Assembly (NCBI GenBank): GCA_965218795.1
Contig: OZ244653.1
Span: forward strand, 768,001 to 832,000
DNA: 64,000 bases
Origin: a bacterium
GTDB taxonomy: Bacteria; UBA8248; JACPRG01; G963555815
Direction of reading: 5' to 3'
The stretch's first letter is position 1. Every line of letters begins with the position of its first letter. A program made the translations under genes and the position numbers. Positions 61,061 to 64,000 of the stretch are shown piece after piece. Below the pieces are notes generated by a model. The model saw nothing but the letters and a program-made list of their open reading frames with translations. It was not told where the DNA came from and did not search any database.

Positions 61061-61816
61061 ATGCGTCTGGTCGATTTGAGCCACCCCTGGAACATGCACA
61101 CGCCCGCGTGGGTCGGATACGTGCCGCCGAAGATCTATTACTGGCAGACCATCAGCTCTGCGGGGATCAATGCCCAGGCCATCGAAACCACTTTGCATAT
61201 CGGGACTCACCTGGATTCCCAAATGCACGCCGTGCCCGGCGGGCAGAGCATCGGCGATTACGACGTCAATTGGCTCTACGGGGACGCCGCCATCGTGGAC
61301 ATCAGCAATGATGTCGAGGAGTGGGGAATCATCACGCCGGAGATGCTCACCAGCCAGGGCGTGGAGATCAGGAAGGGCGACATCCTCGTCTACCACACCG
61401 GCTACCATCATCATTACGTCGGGGGAGACAAGCCCGACGACTTCAAGTACATGTGCAGGCACCCGGGCGGTTACGTCGAGCTCGCCGAGTGGCTGCTGGA
61501 GATGGAAATCCGCTACACGGTGTTTGACTGCGGCTCGGGCGACCACCCCATGAATACGCACATCGCCGAGCGGGTGCCGCATCTCGTCCCGGAATTTGAA
61601 GATATGATGGGGAAGAAGCTCCACGAGGTGTTCCCCCGTGAAAATTGGTACGTCATGCACAAGATTCCCTTCGCGGCGGGCTGCATACACGTGGAGAACA
61701 TGGGCGGCGACATCGATCAGGTCCTCAACCGCCGGTGCCGGGTCGGCTGTTTCCCCTGGCGTTTCGACGGCGGCGAAGGGGCCATGTGCCGGATGGTGGC
61801 GTTCATCGAGGACTAG
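61061..61816 (+). CDS. cyclase family protein (kynurenine formamidase-like)
   Basis: VDLSHP, HIGTHLD, HVENMGG, FPWRF.GGEG..CR. Confidence 0.9.
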   Translation: MRLVDLSHPWNMHTPAWVGYVPPKIYYWQTISSAGINAQAIETTLHIGTHLDSQMHAVPGGQSIGDYDVNWLYGDAAIVDISNDVEEWGIITPEMLTSQGVEIRKGDILVYHTGYHHHYVGGDKPDDFKYMCRHPGGYVELAEWLLEMEIRYTVFDCGSGDHPMNTHIAERVPHLVPEFEDMMGKKLHEVFPRENWYVMHKIPFAAGCIHVENMGGDIDQVLNRRCRVGCFPWRFDGGEGAMCRMVAFIED

Positions 61817-61977
61817 GATCCCCGGAGAAGAAGGGCAGGGGGATTCGGGACCACGGTCTTTATTTCCCGGGTCATGTTCAAGATCACGATGCAGGGGAGG
61901 ACCCTGTGCCCTCCCTCCCTCCCGATTCCAAGAGTGGGTGGGGCAACAAGGATCCGTGCCTCCATAAATAGCGTGCA

Positions 61978-62763
61978 TTGATGGAACTCTTTAGTCTGTT
62001 CGGCGTCGAGAAACCCCTCATCGGTATGGTCCATCTTGGCCCCCTGCCGGGGAGCCCCCTGGATACGGGCGATTGGGAGGGGACCCTCGAAAACGCTGTT
62101 GCGGACGCCCGGGCTATCGCCAAGGGGGGCATGCATGGCTGCATCATCGAGAATTTCCACGACATGCCCTATTATCCTCATCGCGTCCCCCCGGCGACGG
62201 TCGCGGCGATGACAGAGGCCGGGCGGCGCATCCGGAAGGAAGTCGATCTTCCCATGGGGGTCAACGTACTGCGGAACGACGCCAGGGCCGCCCTCGCCGT
62301 CGCGTACGCCATAGACGCTCAATTCATCCGCATCAACATCTTTGTCGGGGCGCGCCTCACCGATCAGGGGCTCATCGAAGCCACGGCCTGGGAGGTTCAG
62401 CGAGACCGGAAGCGCTACATGCCCGGTTTGGCCATCTTCGCCGACGTCGGCGTGAAGCATTCCACCGCCCTCGGGGCTTCCAGTTTGGCGAACGAGGCTT
62501 CCGATGCCGCTTCCAGGGGGTTTGCCGACGCCCTCATCGTCTCCGGCGGCGAGACGGGCGAGAGCGCATCGGCCTCCGACCTCCGGCTCGTCCGGAATGC
62601 CGTCCCCTCGCTTCCCGTCCTGGTCGGCAGCGGCCTGACCCCTGAGAACGCCGCGGAAATGCTCTCTTCTTCGGATGGGGCGATTGTCGGAAGCGGTATC
62701 AAGGAAGAAGGGCGAGTGGAGAGGCCAGTGGATATCCAGAGAGTTCAAAAAATAATCAACTAA
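61978..62763 (+). CDS. BtpA/SgcQ family protein
   Basis: IGMVHL.PLPGSP, ENFHDMPY, GVNVLRND, ADVGVKHS, VGSG. Confidence 0.93.
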   Translation: MMELFSLFGVEKPLIGMVHLGPLPGSPLDTGDWEGTLENAVADARAIAKGGMHGCIIENFHDMPYYPHRVPPATVAAMTEAGRRIRKEVDLPMGVNVLRNDARAALAVAYAIDAQFIRINIFVGARLTDQGLIEATAWEVQRDRKRYMPGLAIFADVGVKHSTALGASSLANEASDAASRGFADALIVSGGETGESASASDLRLVRNAVPSLPVLVGSGLTPENAAEMLSSSDGAIVGSGIKEEGRVERPVDIQRVQKIIN

Positions 62764-62942
62764 AAACTTAAGTATTTATATTTCAGTAAGTTATAATAAT
62801 ATCATTAACTTTAAAAATTAACTAAATCGATAACTTTTGGTTAACATAATATATCTTATCAAAAGTTTTAAAACCGCCAAATGGCAGAACATCTAGGAAT
62901 AGAAAACGGTTCTCGAACGTCCCGCTGATTTCGGCTAAAGGA

Positions 62943-63164
62943 TTAGGGGTTCCGATCGATCCAGTTTTGAGCGACGTATCGGGCCATCTCCGCGCACTCT
63001 TCTCTGGTCGAGAACGGTTGCTCGGAGTGAAAATCCTGCGTGAACATCTTCCGGCCCTCGAGGCGCATGATGCTCACTTCCCACTTGAAGACACCGGGTT
63101 GAGCGTCGTCGATGGTGATCTTGACTTGGTATTTGTCGTCAACGATGTACTTTTCTTCGGACAA
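62943..63164 (-). CDS. hypothetical protein
   Basis: 73 aa ORF with TTG start preceded by AGGGAAG; protein-like composition. Confidence 0.6.
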   Translation of the reverse strand: MSEEKYIVDDKYQVKITIDDAQPGVFKWEVSIMRLEGRKMFTQDFHSEQPFSTREECAEMARYVAQNWIDRNP

Positions 63165-63276
63165 TTGACTTCCCTAACGAAACGAATACAGTGGAACCTT
63201 AAGATAAATCATGGCAATAAGAATATTGAAATTACGATTGGCTGGTGGGGATATTTTTCTGTTGGTTAGATGAAAC

Positions 63277-63948
63277 CTACTTTTTCGGCGATTCCTGAAT
63301 CCTTGCTCGCAGGGCCGGCGTCAAAAACGACGATTGGGGATACTTTCCGGCAAATTCCCGATACTTCTCGATCGCGGCCGCCTTGTCACCCTTCAATTCA
63401 TAACATTGGCCAATGGCGAGTAATGCCTGTTGCTTCGGGATATCGGCTTTTGACGAAAGCCTGCCAAAAGCGATTTGGGCTTCCTGACACTTTTTGAGGT
63501 CAACCAGAGAATAGCCCTGGCCGAGGATGGCCCCGGTCCGAACGGATTCCTGCGCGCTGGAATCAGCCGCGAGCACGCCGTAAGCCCCTGAAGCCTTATC
63601 CAGCTCGCCTTTCCGGTACAAGGTATGCCCCAGATACAGTCGGGCCAAGCGCGCGCCCTTCGTTCCGCCGTACACCCTCAATACCCGCTCGAACGGTTTC
63701 GAATCGGTCGGATTCTGCTCAAACCCGGCGATCGCCTCCGAGATCATGCCCGAGGCCGCGGCCTCGACGCCCGCTCGGTAAAATCGGTAAGCAAAAACCA
63801 GGACGATCACCACAAGCACGCAAGCGGCCGCCGTGGAGACCCACTTCCAGTTGGCTCGGACGTACTCTATCGTCCGGACCGACAAGGTGATGAACTCGTC
63901 GGGCTCCTTGAGTTGACGCCTGTCGATTTTTCCCTTGGCTCTGGCCAT
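63277..63948 (-). CDS. membrane-anchored TPR protein (YfgM-like)
   Basis: LKEPDEFIT, a single TM helix, then TPR repeats. Confidence 0.82.
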   Translation of the reverse strand: MARAKGKIDRRQLKEPDEFITLSVRTIEYVRANWKWVSTAAACVLVVIVLVFAYRFYRAGVEAAASGMISEAIAGFEQNPTDSKPFERVLRVYGGTKGARLARLYLGHTLYRKGELDKASGAYGVLAADSSAQESVRTGAILGQGYSLVDLKKCQEAQIAFGRLSSKADIPKQQALLAIGQCYELKGDKAAAIEKYREFAGKYPQSSFLTPALRARIQESPKK

Positions 63949-64000
63949 TTTTCCCTTGATCAATCCGTCCAAACGGCCGCGGCTGCGCCGTCGGCCAGAG

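Noticed and set aside
62764-62900. Very AT-rich stretch as a replication origin
   Set aside because: No clear DnaA-box cluster seen; it is a short gap between convergent genes.

Overview
GC-rich bacterial chromosomal window. Taxonomy is not determinable here; gene content is loosely reminiscent of Nitrospinota/Tectomicrobia/deltaproteobacteria-like lineages (inference). An intact housekeeping backbone (tRNA-Glu, tRNA-Gln, gltX, moeA, lgt, secA, miaB, hemB, meaB, queG, an RND pair, many oxidoreductases and hydrolases) is interrupted by three accessory zones. (1) Mrr restriction gene plus an IS481 element (8.8-11 kb). (2) An IS1111-type (IS110 family) element (16842-18274) whose right non-coding end can be folded by eye into a bridge/seekRNA. 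Its target guide reads CAAGGAGA (Shine-Dalgarno-like), and it has inserted between the RBS and ATG of a flavoprotein gene. (3) An ~11 kb defence island (22.1-33.2 kb) with a type I RM locus (hsdR, fused hsdM-hsdS) followed by a cassette-like array. The array is built from seven REP palindromes, a RAYT HUH transposase, three extra degenerate copies of the hsdS 3' end, and cargo genes (two TA modules, DUF2235 lipase, AAA-ATPase/TOPRIM pair). This array is the best candidate for an undescribed system. Many accessory genes carry frameshifts while core genes are intact. All family assignments are from motif recognition by eye, not database searches.
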